This document shows, one piece after another, positions 36,314 through 45,804 of a DNA stretch of 64,000 nt (its first letter is position 1; each line of letters begins with the position of its first letter). Origin of the DNA: an uncultured Chloroflexia bacterium. Its GTDB lineage: Bacteria; Chloroflexota; Limnocylindria; Limnocylindrales; CSP1-4. The stretch is from assembly GCA_963728635.1 (NCBI GenBank), contig CAVSKR010000006.1:43203-107202 (forward strand), read 5' to 3'. The notes beneath the pieces are model-generated. The model did not search any database. It was not told the origin of the DNA and was given only the letters and a program-made list of their open reading frames with translations. The translations under genes and the position numbers were made by a program.

Positions 36314-39300
36314 ATGGCCGCCACCTACACGAGCGCGCGGTTCGTGGGGCGAGAGGACGCGTTCGCGAGGCTCGCGACCGTGCTCCGATCGGCCTCGGCG
36401 GGCGCTTCAGGGACGCTCCTCGTCGACGGGACGGCGGGGGTCGGCACGAGTCGCTTCATCGATGAGGCGATCCGCCGCGTGGCCGGCCTGCAGGAGCCGA
36501 TGGCCGTCCTGCGAGGAGGGGCGTTCGGTCCGGGAACCGATGCGCCGTACGAGCCCCTGGTCCGGGCGCTGCGGCCCGTCCTGACCGAGTTGCCGGACGA
36601 TGAGCTCGCGCGGGTGCTCGGCACCGCGACCGACGAGCTCGTCCGGCTCATCCCGGAGCTCGCGGATCGCGTCGAGCCGCCGGGAGCCGAGGGTCGCCGG
36701 ATCCTGACGGCCGTTCCGGAGCGTCGTCAGGCGAGGCTGCTCGAGGGTGTGCTCGGCGTGGTCGGCCGGCTCGGCGAACGGCAGCCGGTCCTCCTGATCA
36801 TGGAAGACCTCCACCGTGCGGACGCCGGCACCCGGACGCTCGTCACGTTCCTCGCGCGGATCGCCCGGTCGCACCGGCTCGCGGTGGTGGCCACCTACCA
36901 GGCCGACGCGATCAGACGCGAGGATCCCTGGTCGCTCGATCTGGCGATCCTCGACGCCGCGCCACGACCGCCGGCGCGGCTCACGCTTGCGCCTCTCGGG
37001 CGCGACGAGCTCGCACGGCTGATCGAGTCGATCGAGGATTCGCGGCCGTCGGCGAGCGTGCTGGTCGTCGTCGCGGAGCGCTCCGGTGGCCGCCCGCTGG
37101 TCGCCGAGGAGCTGCTTGCGGCGCGACGCGAGCTGCCGACCGTGTCCCTCACCTCATCGTTCCAGGATCTGGTCCTCGCGCGGATCGGGGCGCGCTCACC
37201 GGAGGCGCGGCGGGTGCTGCGCCTGCTCGCTCCGGCCGGCCGGCCGCTGCAGCGCGCGGACCTCGCCTCCATCGCCGAGGCATTCGAGGCGGACCTGACC
37301 AGCGGCCCGCCGCGCTCCTCCCATGAGCCCCGGCGCGGCGACGGCGTCCTCGACGCCGACCTTGTCCACGGGCTCGACGAGGCGATCGAGTACGGGTTCG
37401 TCCGCGAGGACGATGCGGGTCTCGCGCTCCGCCATGAGCTCGTCGGCCGTGCGATCGAGGCCGACCTGCTGCCATCGATGCGTATCCGCCATCACGCGGC
37501 GGTGGCGCGAGCGCTCGACGATCGACCGTTCGTCGCGATGCACCATTTCCGGACCGCCCTGGACCCGGTGGCGGTGCGTCATGCCGCTATTGCCGCAGCC
37601 GATGCCGCCGCCGCGATCGACGCGCCACTCGACGAGCTGGAGGCACTCGAACTCGCGATCGCTGCCGGCAGCGCGACCGGTGTTACCTCGCGCCACGGCG
37701 GCCGACGACGGAGCGACCCACCGGTCCTGCCACCGACCGAGATGAATGCGCGCGCAGCGGAAGCGGCGTTCGCCGCAGGCCGGCCGGTCCGGGCGGCCGC
37801 CTACCTCGATGCAGCGATCGCGTCCATAGATGGGCGGCGCGACCGCACTCGGCTGGGTCTCATCCACGACCGCCTGGCCCTGTTCCGCCGGATCGCCGGC
37901 GACGTGGAGGGCTCGCTCGCGGCTCGCCGACGGGCGGTCGATCTCGTCCCCACGACGCCCTCGCCGGCGCGTGCGGCGGTCGTCGCCGGACTGGCGCAGA
38001 TGCTCATGCTCGAGGGCACCTTTTCCGAAGCCGACCGTCTTGCCCGCGACGCGATCCGGATCGCCAGGGCGTGCGATCCGCCGGCGCGGCGCTGGGAGCT
38101 GCACGCCACCACGACGCTCGGTGTCTCCCTCGGCTGGCGGGCCGACCCGGAGGCCGCGCTCGCGATGCTGGCCGACGCCCGGGTGATGGCCGAAGAGCTC
38201 GGTGATCTCGACGAGCTCTTCCGGATACAGGCAAACCTGACCACCGTCCTGGAACTGGCGGGGCGGCACGAGGAGGCCGTCACGGTCGCGTCGGCCGGGA
38301 TCGAGGCGGCCAAGGCCGCCGGTCTCGAGGCCGTCTACGGCAACGTCCTGCGTGGCAACGCGGCCGACTCGCTGTTCCTGCTCGGTCGCTGGGAGGAAGC
38401 GCGAGCCATGAGCATGACCGCGCTCGAGTGGCTGCCGGCCGGCATCAACTTCCTGAACGCCCTGGTCTCCCTCGCGACCGTCGAGATCGAGCTGTCGGCG
38501 GGGGAGGCGGCCGGTCGGCTCCTCGGTCAGACGCTCCTGGAGCTCGAGGCGGTTCGCGACGCGCAGCAGGCCGTCCCGCTCCACCTCGCGTCCGCTTCGT
38601 TCGCGTTGTGGCGTGGCGACCTCGCCGACGCCCGCCGCGCGGCCGAGCGGGGCTGGTCGCTCGTGCGCGAGACCGAGGACTGGATCCTCGCCGCGCGAAC
38701 GGCAGCCGCCGTGATCGAGGTGGAGGCCGCGGCCGCGGCCGAATCACGCGAGCAGCGCGACCTGGCCGGTCTCGCCGCCGCCCGCGAGCGGGCACGGGAC
38801 GTGATCCGCGCCGCCGAAGCGATCGTCAAGCGCCACGGCGTCGCCCCGTCACTCGGGTCGCGACGGCTGGCCGACGCGTGGCTGGCAACGGCACGCGCCC
38901 ATCGGCGGCGTGTCGATGCGCGTGACGACCCCGCGACCTGGACGGCGGTCGGCGACGCGTGGACCGACCTGCACATCCCATACGAGACGGCCCGTGCCCG
39001 ATGGCGTGAGGCCGAGGCGATGCTCGGATCCGGTGCCGGTCGCGCCGGTCGGGCGGACGCACGCGTCCCGCTCAAGGAAGCCGTCGACATCGCACTCACC
39101 CTCGGCGCGCTGCCGCTGTTGCGCGAACTGCGGGAGCTCGCAGGCCGGGCGCTCATCCCCCTGCCGTCCGAGGTCGAGACCGCCCTCGCGGGTCCGGACG
39201 ATCGACCGCGCCCGCTCATCGGCGTGATCGCGTCGGCGCCGGTGGCCGCGGCGATGTCGGTCGGGGCGGACGGGCTGGAGCCTGGCGATCCGTGGCAGCT

Positions 39301-39538
39301 CGGCGGTCCCGTCGAGCCACCGACCCGCCGCGACACCTTCGGGCTGAGCGGGCGCGAGCGCGAAGTCCTCGTCCAGATCGCCCGCGGCCGGACGAATCGC
39401 GAGATCGGCGAACGCCTGTTCATCAGCCAGAAGACCGTGGGCGTCCACGTCGGGAACATCCTGGCCAAGCTGGGCGTGTCGGGTCGGGTGGAGGCGGCGG
39501 CCGTCGCGATCCGGCTGGGACTGACCGAGAAGGGCTGA
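36314..39538 (+). CDS. LAL-family (large ATP-binding LuxR) transcriptional regulator: N-terminal AAA/STAND NTPase, helical TPR-like middle, C-terminal LuxR HTH
   Basis: N-terminal FVGREDAFARL; P-loop-like GTAGVGTSR (Lys replaced by Thr); LuxR HTH at C-terminus (LSGREREVLVQIARGRTNREIGERLFISQKTVGVHVGNILAKLGV); ~1075 aa. Confidence 0.85.
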   Translation: MAATYTSARFVGREDAFARLATVLRSASAGASGTLLVDGTAGVGTSRFIDEAIRRVAGLQEPMAVLRGGAFGPGTDAPYEPLVRALRPVLTELPDDELARVLGTATDELVRLIPELADRVEPPGAEGRRILTAVPERRQARLLEGVLGVVGRLGERQPVLLIMEDLHRADAGTRTLVTFLARIARSHRLAVVATYQADAIRREDPWSLDLAILDAAPRPPARLTLAPLGRDELARLIESIEDSRPSASVLVVVAERSGGRPLVAEELLAARRELPTVSLTSSFQDLVLARIGARSPEARRVLRLLAPAGRPLQRADLASIAEAFEADLTSGPPRSSHEPRRGDGVLDADLVHGLDEAIEYGFVREDDAGLALRHELVGRAIEADLLPSMRIRHHAAVARALDDRPFVAMHHFRTALDPVAVRHAAIAAADAAAAIDAPLDELEALELAIAAGSATGVTSRHGGRRRSDPPVLPPTEMNARAAEAAFAAGRPVRAAAYLDAAIASIDGRRDRTRLGLIHDRLALFRRIAGDVEGSLAARRRAVDLVPTTPSPARAAVVAGLAQMLMLEGTFSEADRLARDAIRIARACDPPARRWELHATTTLGVSLGWRADPEAALAMLADARVMAEELGDLDELFRIQANLTTVLELAGRHEEAVTVASAGIEAAKAAGLEAVYGNVLRGNAADSLFLLGRWEEARAMSMTALEWLPAGINFLNALVSLATVEIELSAGEAAGRLLGQTLLELEAVRDAQQAVPLHLASASFALWRGDLADARRAAERGWSLVRETEDWILAARTAAAVIEVEAAAAAESREQRDLAGLAAARERARDVIRAAEAIVKRHGVAPSLGSRRLADAWLATARAHRRRVDARDDPATWTAVGDAWTDLHIPYETARARWREAEAMLGSGAGRAGRADARVPLKEAVDIALTLGALPLLRELRELAGRALIPLPSEVETALAGPDDRPRPLIGVIASAPVAAAMSVGADGLEPGDPWQLGGPVEPPTRRDTFGLSGREREVLVQIARGRTNREIGERLFISQKTVGVHVGNILAKLGVSGRVEAAAVAIRLGLTEKG

Positions 39539-40011
39539 CGCCCGGCACCTGCCACAAAGAGCGAGACCCGGAGGGAGGTCTCCGGGTCTCGAATGAGGAC
39601 GATCGTCGGCCAGCAATGTCCGACGAGCGAAAGTCGATGGTCGTCGGCCGCGAGATCGCGACCGAGTACGGCCGGCCGTCCGGCCGCTGGGTCTACCAGC
39701 GGCGAGCGGCGACCAGGGTGAGTGCGATGGCGAGGATCGGGCCAAGGATGACGGCGATGCGCCAGGCTCGATCGATGACAGGTCTGATCATGGTGTCGGG
39801 TTGGGCTCCGGTCTCCCCTGAGGCGCGAGGTTCGCACCCGGATGGGGAAGAGCAGGCTAGTCCCGCGATGGTCCCGAAACAATCCGGACGATGGTACTGG
39901 TGGGGTCCTGGGTCGGAGGTACCGGTCGGACCCGACCGCGCTCGATTCGGTAGCATCGTCGCGAACACCCGACCGCGGTCATCCACGCGATCCGAGAGGT
40001 CTCCCGAAACG

Positions 40012-40521
40012 ATGCGAACCCTTCGTACCCTGTCCGCCGTCCTGGCCGTCGTCGCGCTCGGTGCGTGCACGGCCGCCAAGCCCGGCTGGACCTACGCCCC
40101 GGCGCCATCGCCCACACCCATCCCGAGCGTCGTGCCGAGTGGCTCCGCGCCCGCGCCCAGCGCCTCAGCGAGTGCCTCTGCCAGTGCGCCGGCCAGCCCG
40201 AGTGCCAGCGCCAGTGCGTCCGCGAGCGCCTCCGCTGGTGCCGGGACCGTCCTCGAGCTCGTCGCCGAGCAGATCGCCTTCACCACGACGACGCTGTCGG
40301 CGCCCGCCGATCAGCCGTTCCAGATCGACCTCCAGAACAACGACGCAGGGGTCCCCCACAACGTCGAGATCAAGGACGCGGGCGGTGCCTCGCTGTTCCA
40401 AGGCGACATCATCAACGGCGTCGCCGAGATCGTGTACGACGTGCCGGCACTGGCCGCCGGGCAGTACACGTTCCTGTGCACGGTCCATCCGAACATGACC
40501 GGGACCCTCACCGCGGGGTGA
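40012..40521 (+). CDS. cupredoxin-like (type-1 copper) lipoprotein with Ala/Ser-rich linker
   Basis: Signal and lipobox (LAVVALGACT); (SA)n low-complexity linker; C-terminal Cys-His-Met ligand set in FLCTVHPNMTG and upstream His in GVPHNVEI; ORF-track N-terminal extension rejected. Confidence 0.7.
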   Translation: MRTLRTLSAVLAVVALGACTAAKPGWTYAPAPSPTPIPSVVPSGSAPAPSASASASASAPASPSASASASASASAGAGTVLELVAEQIAFTTTTLSAPADQPFQIDLQNNDAGVPHNVEIKDAGGASLFQGDIINGVAEIVYDVPALAAGQYTFLCTVHPNMTGTLTAG

Positions 40522-41276
40522 CACCCGTCGCCGAACATATCTGCTACACCGACGCGTACGCCCGCTCGGCCCGGGCGCGCGTCCGGCACGTCGAGGTTGG
40601 TGACGCCACTCTCGTGGTCCTCGATCGAACGGTCTTCTACCCGGGCGGCGGCGGCCAGCCTCCCGACCGAGGCGTGCTCCTACGAGCATCCGACGGCCGC
40701 ACCTGGACGGTGCGCGCCGCGCGCAAGGCGGGTGGCGAGATCGTCCACGAGCTGGAACCCGATGGCGGCGACCCGCCGGCCGTGGACGACACGCTCGAGG
40801 TCGACCTCGACTGGCCTCGCCGCTTCGCGCTCATGCGCACCCACACGGCCCTCCACGCACTCTGCGGTGTCGTCTGGCGCGACCACGGCGCGCAGGTGAC
40901 CGGCGGCAACATGGAACCGGCCTCGGGCCGGATGGACTTCGAATTCGAGACGATGTCGGGCGACCTGGTCGACTCGATCGAGTCCGCGGTGAACGAGGAG
41001 CTCGCCGCAGCGCGCGACGTCCGTGTCGCGGTGCTGCCCCGCGACGAGGCGTTCGCGATCCCGGATCTCATCCGGACCAAGATCAACCTGTTGCCCGAAG
41101 GGATCGACGAGATCCGGACGATCGAGATCGTCGGGCTCGACCTGCAGGCCGATGGCGGCACGCATGTCGCCAACACCCGCGAGGTAGGCCAGATCAGGGT
41201 CACGGGCTACGAGTCGAAAGGCCGCATCAACAAGCGCATCCGCATCGAGCTGATCGACCCGATCGCCTCGATCTAG
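40518..41276 (+). CDS. alanyl-tRNA editing protein (AlaX-type, AlaRS second-additional domain)
   Basis: GTG overlapping cupredoxin stop; zinc motif HTALHAL; conserved ADGGTHV region. Confidence 0.7.
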   Translation: MTPVAEHICYTDAYARSARARVRHVEVGDATLVVLDRTVFYPGGGGQPPDRGVLLRASDGRTWTVRAARKAGGEIVHELEPDGGDPPAVDDTLEVDLDWPRRFALMRTHTALHALCGVVWRDHGAQVTGGNMEPASGRMDFEFETMSGDLVDSIESAVNEELAAARDVRVAVLPRDEAFAIPDLIRTKINLLPEGIDEIRTIEIVGLDLQADGGTHVANTREVGQIRVTGYESKGRINKRIRIELIDPIASI

Positions 41277-41325
41277 ACGGTCGGGCCCCGGCTCGATGGT
41301 CGGCCGAGGCCCGTCGTGGTGCACG

Positions 41326-42591
41326 TCAGCGGGTGAAGACCATGGATTCGACGATCGAGGTCGCTTCCTCGACCATGCCGTCGAAGGTGGCCGCATCCTG
41401 CGCCTCGACATGGATGACGAGGGTTCTCCCGTCCCCGAGATCGAGGACGTAGAGGCGCATCCGCGTGTCGGCCCCCAAAGTCGAATGGAGTCCTTCGCCG
41501 GGCTCGCTGTCCGTGAACAGACCCCGGCTGGGCTGGCCTTCCGAGAACGAGCAGACCGTCGTCCACGTCGGATCCATGGCGATATCGAGCCGCCACCCCG
41601 ACAGGCCGCCGATCGAGACCGCCGCCGGTTCGGTCGCGACGATCCCGGGTGCGCTCGTGAGCCAATCCGTCATCGCCCGCGCCGTCCGCTCCACGGTGGG
41701 CTCGGGCGCCTGTGAACACGGATCGCTTTCCGACACGATCACGATGTCGCTCCACAGGTGGATGGAGGCGTCGACTGGCGCTGACTGTGGTCGAAGACCG
41801 TATGCATGCGGCCAATCTTCGTGGCTCGCCCAGCCTGCCGGCACCTCGTATGTCACGGCACCGAACCGCGGTCGCCATGCCCCCCCGGCCGTGGTCCACG
41901 GATCGAAGAAGAACGACGAGTAGGACCCTGCCTCGAGCTTTCCGAGGCAGAAGTTGTCGGCGTTATCGCAATCGGAGCTCAGCCATTCTCCCGGGATGAC
42001 GGCCGCTCTTTGCACGCATGCGTCCTCGATCAACGTGAACATGACCTTCTTCGCCCCCGGCGTGGAAGACCAGCCATATGTGCCCACGTCTCCCACCGCG
42101 CAGCCGCCTGCGACCGAATCCGAGACCAGGCGAACCCGATCCGCAGACGGAGCGCTGGCGGACGAGCCAAGAAGGTTGCCGTTGTAAGCAAAGGTCGATG
42201 CCGTGAACACGAGGATCGACCGATCTTGCGATGCAGGTGCGGGCGGATCCGAACGGAACGCCCCGAGGAATGGATGTTGCAGCACCTCGGGGAGCATCGA
42301 GGCTGAAGCGGACGGGGATACGGACGGTGACGGCCCTCCAGGGCCGGGATCGCTCGAGCGGCCCAGGGTGGCGACACCCACGCCGATCACGAGGACCGCG
42401 GCCGCTGCGGCAGCGGCCATGCGGGCGGTGTTGGACATGTCAGAGAACCTCAGTTGAAGTCGCGCGAGGCGCCGCTGGGGCACGCGCTCGACCTGGTCGA
42501 GGACGGCGTCGAACAAGGCGTCGGGCATGAGGATCGGACCGTCGCTGAAGTAGGCCTCGAGCGTCCGGTCGAAGTCGCTCCGACGCGTCAT
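41326..42591 (-). CDS. anti-sigma factor: cytoplasmic N-terminal domain, one TM helix, ~300-aa Cys-containing extracytoplasmic domain
   Basis: Coupled (ATGA) to the ECF sigma gene; N-terminus MTRRSDFDRTLEAYFSDG then poly-Ala TM helix; 7 Cys in the periplasmic part. Confidence 0.6.
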   Translation of the reverse strand: MTRRSDFDRTLEAYFSDGPILMPDALFDAVLDQVERVPQRRLARLQLRFSDMSNTARMAAAAAAAVLVIGVGVATLGRSSDPGPGGPSPSVSPSASASMLPEVLQHPFLGAFRSDPPAPASQDRSILVFTASTFAYNGNLLGSSASAPSADRVRLVSDSVAGGCAVGDVGTYGWSSTPGAKKVMFTLIEDACVQRAAVIPGEWLSSDCDNADNFCLGKLEAGSYSSFFFDPWTTAGGAWRPRFGAVTYEVPAGWASHEDWPHAYGLRPQSAPVDASIHLWSDIVIVSESDPCSQAPEPTVERTARAMTDWLTSAPGIVATEPAAVSIGGLSGWRLDIAMDPTWTTVCSFSEGQPSRGLFTDSEPGEGLHSTLGADTRMRLYVLDLGDGRTLVIHVEAQDAATFDGMVEEATSIVESMVFTR

Positions 42592-43139
42592 GCGAGCTGT
42601 CCTCCGATGGCGGTCGCGCGCGCATCCGCTTCGAGAGCGGCGCGCATCGCGCGGTGGGCATGGTGGAGTCGCGAGCGGGCCGTGCCGGCCGGGATGCCGA
42701 GCATCTCGGCGATCTCGGCCGGTTGGTAGCCCGCGAAGTACCGCAGCACGAGGATCGCGCGCTGCTGAGGATCGAGTCGTCGGAAGCCGCGATCGAGCTG
42801 GTCGCGGTCCGCGACCGACACGATGTCGTCGGTGGCACCCGGCAGCTCCGCCGGGAGGACACGGAGATTGGCGGCGAGGCGACGCTCACGCACCGCCTCG
42901 CGGAGGCAGGACCGAACGACGAGACGATGAAGCCACGCATCGAACCGGTCCGGATCGCGGAGCCCCGGGAGGTCACGCCAGGCGATCACCAGCGCTTCCT
43001 GGACGGCGTCCTCTGTCCGGTCGATGTCGCGAAGGATCCGCTGCGCGATCGCGTAGAGCCGGTCGCCGCGCGTACGGATCAGGTCGGCGTAGGCCTCCCT
43101 GTCGCCGCGTCGCGCCGCCTCGACGAGATCTCGATCCAC
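42588..43139 (-). CDS. RNA polymerase sigma-70 factor, ECF subfamily
   Basis: Region 2 (DAVQEALVIAWR) and region 4 (QRAILVLRYFAGYQPAEIAEMLGIPAGTARSRL) motifs. Confidence 0.85.
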   Translation of the reverse strand: MDRDLVEAARRGDREAYADLIRTRGDRLYAIAQRILRDIDRTEDAVQEALVIAWRDLPGLRDPDRFDAWLHRLVVRSCLREAVRERRLAANLRVLPAELPGATDDIVSVADRDQLDRGFRRLDPQQRAILVLRYFAGYQPAEIAEMLGIPAGTARSRLHHAHRAMRAALEADARATAIGGQLA

Positions 43140-43302
43140 GCTTCGTCCCTCGTTGACGCCCAGCGGGGGCGTCCGTCTGACGACTCTGGGCCGTCTGGTG
43201 ACATATGGGACATCGAGGGAATCCCGCGTTCAATCTACGCGGCAGGTCGATCGCGCGGACCCCAGCATTGACCGCCTTCGGGCTCGATGTCATGGTCGGC
43301 CG

Positions 43303-44055
43303 ATGTCTGGCCGTCTTCTCCACGGGCGCGTGGCGCTGGTCACCGGTGCCGCGTCCGGGATCGGGCGGGCGACGGCGCTTCGTCTCGCGGCGGATGGTGC
43401 CCTCGTCGGATGTCTCGACCGCGACGGCGACGGGGTCCGGGCCGTGGTCGCGGCCATCGAGGCGGCCGGCGACCGCGCGACCGCGCTCGTCACGGACGTG
43501 ACGGATCGCGACGCCGTTCGCGCGGCGATCGACGCGATGGCCGCCGCTGCCGGCCCGATCTCCATCCTCGTCAACAACGCCGGCGTGCCCGGCGCCGGTC
43601 GGTTCGTCGATACGTCGTACGAGGACTGGCGGCACGTGCTCGACGTCCATGTCGACGGTGCGTTCCACGTGACGAAGGCGGTGCTCCCGGGCATGCTCAC
43701 GGGTGGAGGTGGCCGGATCGTCTGCATCGCGTCCGAGGCGGTCTGGCTCGGCAACCAGAGCGTCCAGTACGTGACCGCCAAGGCCGCGCTGGTCGGCTTC
43801 ACGCGCGCCCTGGCGTATCAGCTGGCTCCAGCAGGCATCCGTGTCAACGCGATCGCTCCGGGACCCGTGGACACACCGATGCTGCGGGACAACGACGAGG
43901 CGGCCATCGACGCGGAGCTGGCCAGCGTCCGGATCGGGCGATTCCTGGAACCCGACGAGATCGCGGCGACCGTCGCCTTCCTGGCAGGCCCGGGTGGCGA
44001 ATCCTACGTCGGTCAGATCCTCTCGCCGAACGGCGGGACCGTGTTCCCCTCCTGA
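43303..44055 (+). CDS. SDR family oxidoreductase
   Basis: TGAASGIGRA cofactor motif, NNAG, and YxxxK (YVTAKAA); ATG at 43303. Confidence 0.85.
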   Translation: MSGRLLHGRVALVTGAASGIGRATALRLAADGALVGCLDRDGDGVRAVVAAIEAAGDRATALVTDVTDRDAVRAAIDAMAAAAGPISILVNNAGVPGAGRFVDTSYEDWRHVLDVHVDGAFHVTKAVLPGMLTGGGGRIVCIASEAVWLGNQSVQYVTAKAALVGFTRALAYQLAPAGIRVNAIAPGPVDTPMLRDNDEAAIDAELASVRIGRFLEPDEIAATVAFLAGPGGESYVGQILSPNGGTVFPS

Positions 44056-45332
44056 TCGCCGGCGCGGCGCGGCAGCGTCTCGCGCATCCTGCCGAGCACC
44101 ACGAGACCGGAGACCGCGGTCAGCCCGGCAACTGCCAGGATCGCCGTCGACATCCCGGCAGCGTCCGCGAGGACACCCGCCACGATCGCGCCGACGGCGA
44201 ACCCGAGGTCGCGCCAGAGCCGGTACACCCCGAGGGCAGATGCCCGCCATGCCGGCGCCGCCACGTCCGCGACGACTGCCAGCAGCGTCGGATAGACCAT
44301 GGCCGTGCCGAGGCCGAGGCCGACACCGGCGATGAGCCATGGCGTGAAACCGGTGGAGAGGGCGATGGCAGCGATGGCCACGGCCTGAACGAGCATCCCG
44401 GTCACGATCAGTCTCTTGCGTCCGATCCTGTCCGACAGCGCGCCGGTCGCGACCTGCCCGATCCCCCATACGGCGGGGTACGCCGCGGCGAGGAGTCCGA
44501 TCTCGGGCAGTGACAGACCCGCAGCAGCGAAGTACACCGGCAGCAACCCCCACGCGACGCCGTCGTTGAGGTTGTTGACGAGACCGGCCTGCGACGCCGC
44601 CGAAAGCGAGCGATCGCGCCAGGTGGTTCGCGCGGCGACCTCGCGCCAGCGGCGCGCTGGTCCTGCGCCGCCCACGCGACCGACGCCGCCTTCCCGCTCG
44701 ACATGTGGACTCGTCTCCTTGACGAACAGGACCGACACGCCGAGGCCGAGACCGGCGTAGGCGAGACCGAGAAGGAACGGGGCCGGCCGCAGTCCTGCCT
44801 CGGCCGCGATCAGGCCGGTCAGGAGGGCGGTCGCCGCGACGGCGACGTATCCCGCGGCCTCGTTGAGGCCCAGCGCCAGTCCACGGCGGGTCGGTCCGAC
44901 GAGGTCGATCTTCATGGTCACGGTGGTCGACCACGTGAGGCCCTGGTTCACGCCGAGCAGCACGTTCGCGAGGATCACCCATGCCCAGGACGGTGCCCAG
45001 ATGAGCAACAGCGGGACCGGGAGGCCGATCAGCCAGCCGGCGATGAGGACGGGCCGCCGCCCGAAACGATCGGCGAGCGCGCCCGCAGCGAGGTTGGAGA
45101 GCGCCTTGGTGACACCGAAGGCGACCAGGAACGTGAGCACGACGGCGACGCCGTCAAGCCCGAACACGTCGCGTCCGAGCAGCGGAAGGATCGTCCGCTC
45201 CTGGCCGACCATCCCGCCGACGAGGCCATTGACACCGACCAGCAGGGCGAACTGTCCGGCGTTCGCGCGGAGGCCGAGTCGAGGCGCCTCAGAGCCCGGG
45301 TTGGTCACGGCGCGAGTATCGTCCACGGGCAT
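44013..45332 (-). CDS. MFS transporter
   Basis: 12 predicted TM helices, MFS motif (ALADRFGRRPV); start ATG at 45332 shares a CATG with the divergent ybaK start; alternative GTG at 45308. Confidence 0.75.
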   Translation of the reverse strand: MPVDDTRAVTNPGSEAPRLGLRANAGQFALLVGVNGLVGGMVGQERTILPLLGRDVFGLDGVAVVLTFLVAFGVTKALSNLAAGALADRFGRRPVLIAGWLIGLPVPLLLIWAPSWAWVILANVLLGVNQGLTWSTTVTMKIDLVGPTRRGLALGLNEAAGYVAVAATALLTGLIAAEAGLRPAPFLLGLAYAGLGLGVSVLFVKETSPHVEREGGVGRVGGAGPARRWREVAARTTWRDRSLSAASQAGLVNNLNDGVAWGLLPVYFAAAGLSLPEIGLLAAAYPAVWGIGQVATGALSDRIGRKRLIVTGMLVQAVAIAAIALSTGFTPWLIAGVGLGLGTAMVYPTLLAVVADVAAPAWRASALGVYRLWRDLGFAVGAIVAGVLADAAGMSTAILAVAGLTAVSGLVVLGRMRETLPRRAGDQEGNTVPPFGERI

Positions 45333-45804
45333 GGACCCCGAGACGCCCGCGACACGTGCGATCGCGGCGACCGGAATCGCCCATCGGGTCGTCGTGACCG
45401 AGCGGGCCGGCAGCGCCGAGGAAGCGGCCGGGCTCCAGGGCATCCCGCTCGGTGGCCTCCTCCGGACGATCGTCGTGCGACGCGGTGATGACGATTACCT
45501 GTTCGTGCTCGTGCCGGCCGGTCGCCGCTTCGATTGGCCGAAGCTGCGCGCCCACCTCGGGGTCCGGCGCATGACGCTGCCCGACGCCGAGGAGGCCCGG
45601 GCGGTCACGGGCTACGAGCGATACACGATCACGCCGTTCGGTTCCACCCGGGCGTGGCCGGTCGTGGTGGACGCGACCGTCATCGACGAACCGGTGGTCT
45701 CGGTCGGCGGCGGTGCCTTCGGCGTCAACCTCCATCTCCGCCCATCGGACCTGGTGTCAGCGCTCGATGCCGAGGTGGCGGACGTCTCGATCGCCGATCA
45801 GTAG
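45331..45804 (+). CDS. YbaK/ProX-type aminoacyl-tRNA deacylase (prolyl-tRNA-synthetase-associated domain)
   Basis: 157 aa, YbaK-like length and core (ITPFGST...VSVGGGAFGVNLHLRPSDL). Confidence 0.7.
   Translation: MDPETPATRAIAATGIAHRVVVTERAGSAEEAAGLQGIPLGGLLRTIVVRRGDDDYLFVLVPAGRRFDWPKLRAHLGVRRMTLPDAEEARAVTGYERYTITPFGSTRAWPVVVDATVIDEPVVSVGGGAFGVNLHLRPSDLVSALDAEVADVSIADQ

Noticed and set aside
39292-40011. N-terminal extension of the cupredoxin ORF (409-aa call)
   Set aside because: It would place the signal peptide and lipobox internally; the Arg-rich extension is implausible; true start is ATG 40012
40150-40240. GC-rich (GCC/AGC)n repeat
   Set aside because: Encodes the Ala/Ser linker of the cupredoxin lipoprotein; coding low-complexity, not a regulatory repeat
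42973-44982. 669-aa minus-strand ORF spanning the sigma/SDR/MFS region
   Set aside because: Arg-rich artefact overlapping three well-supported genes
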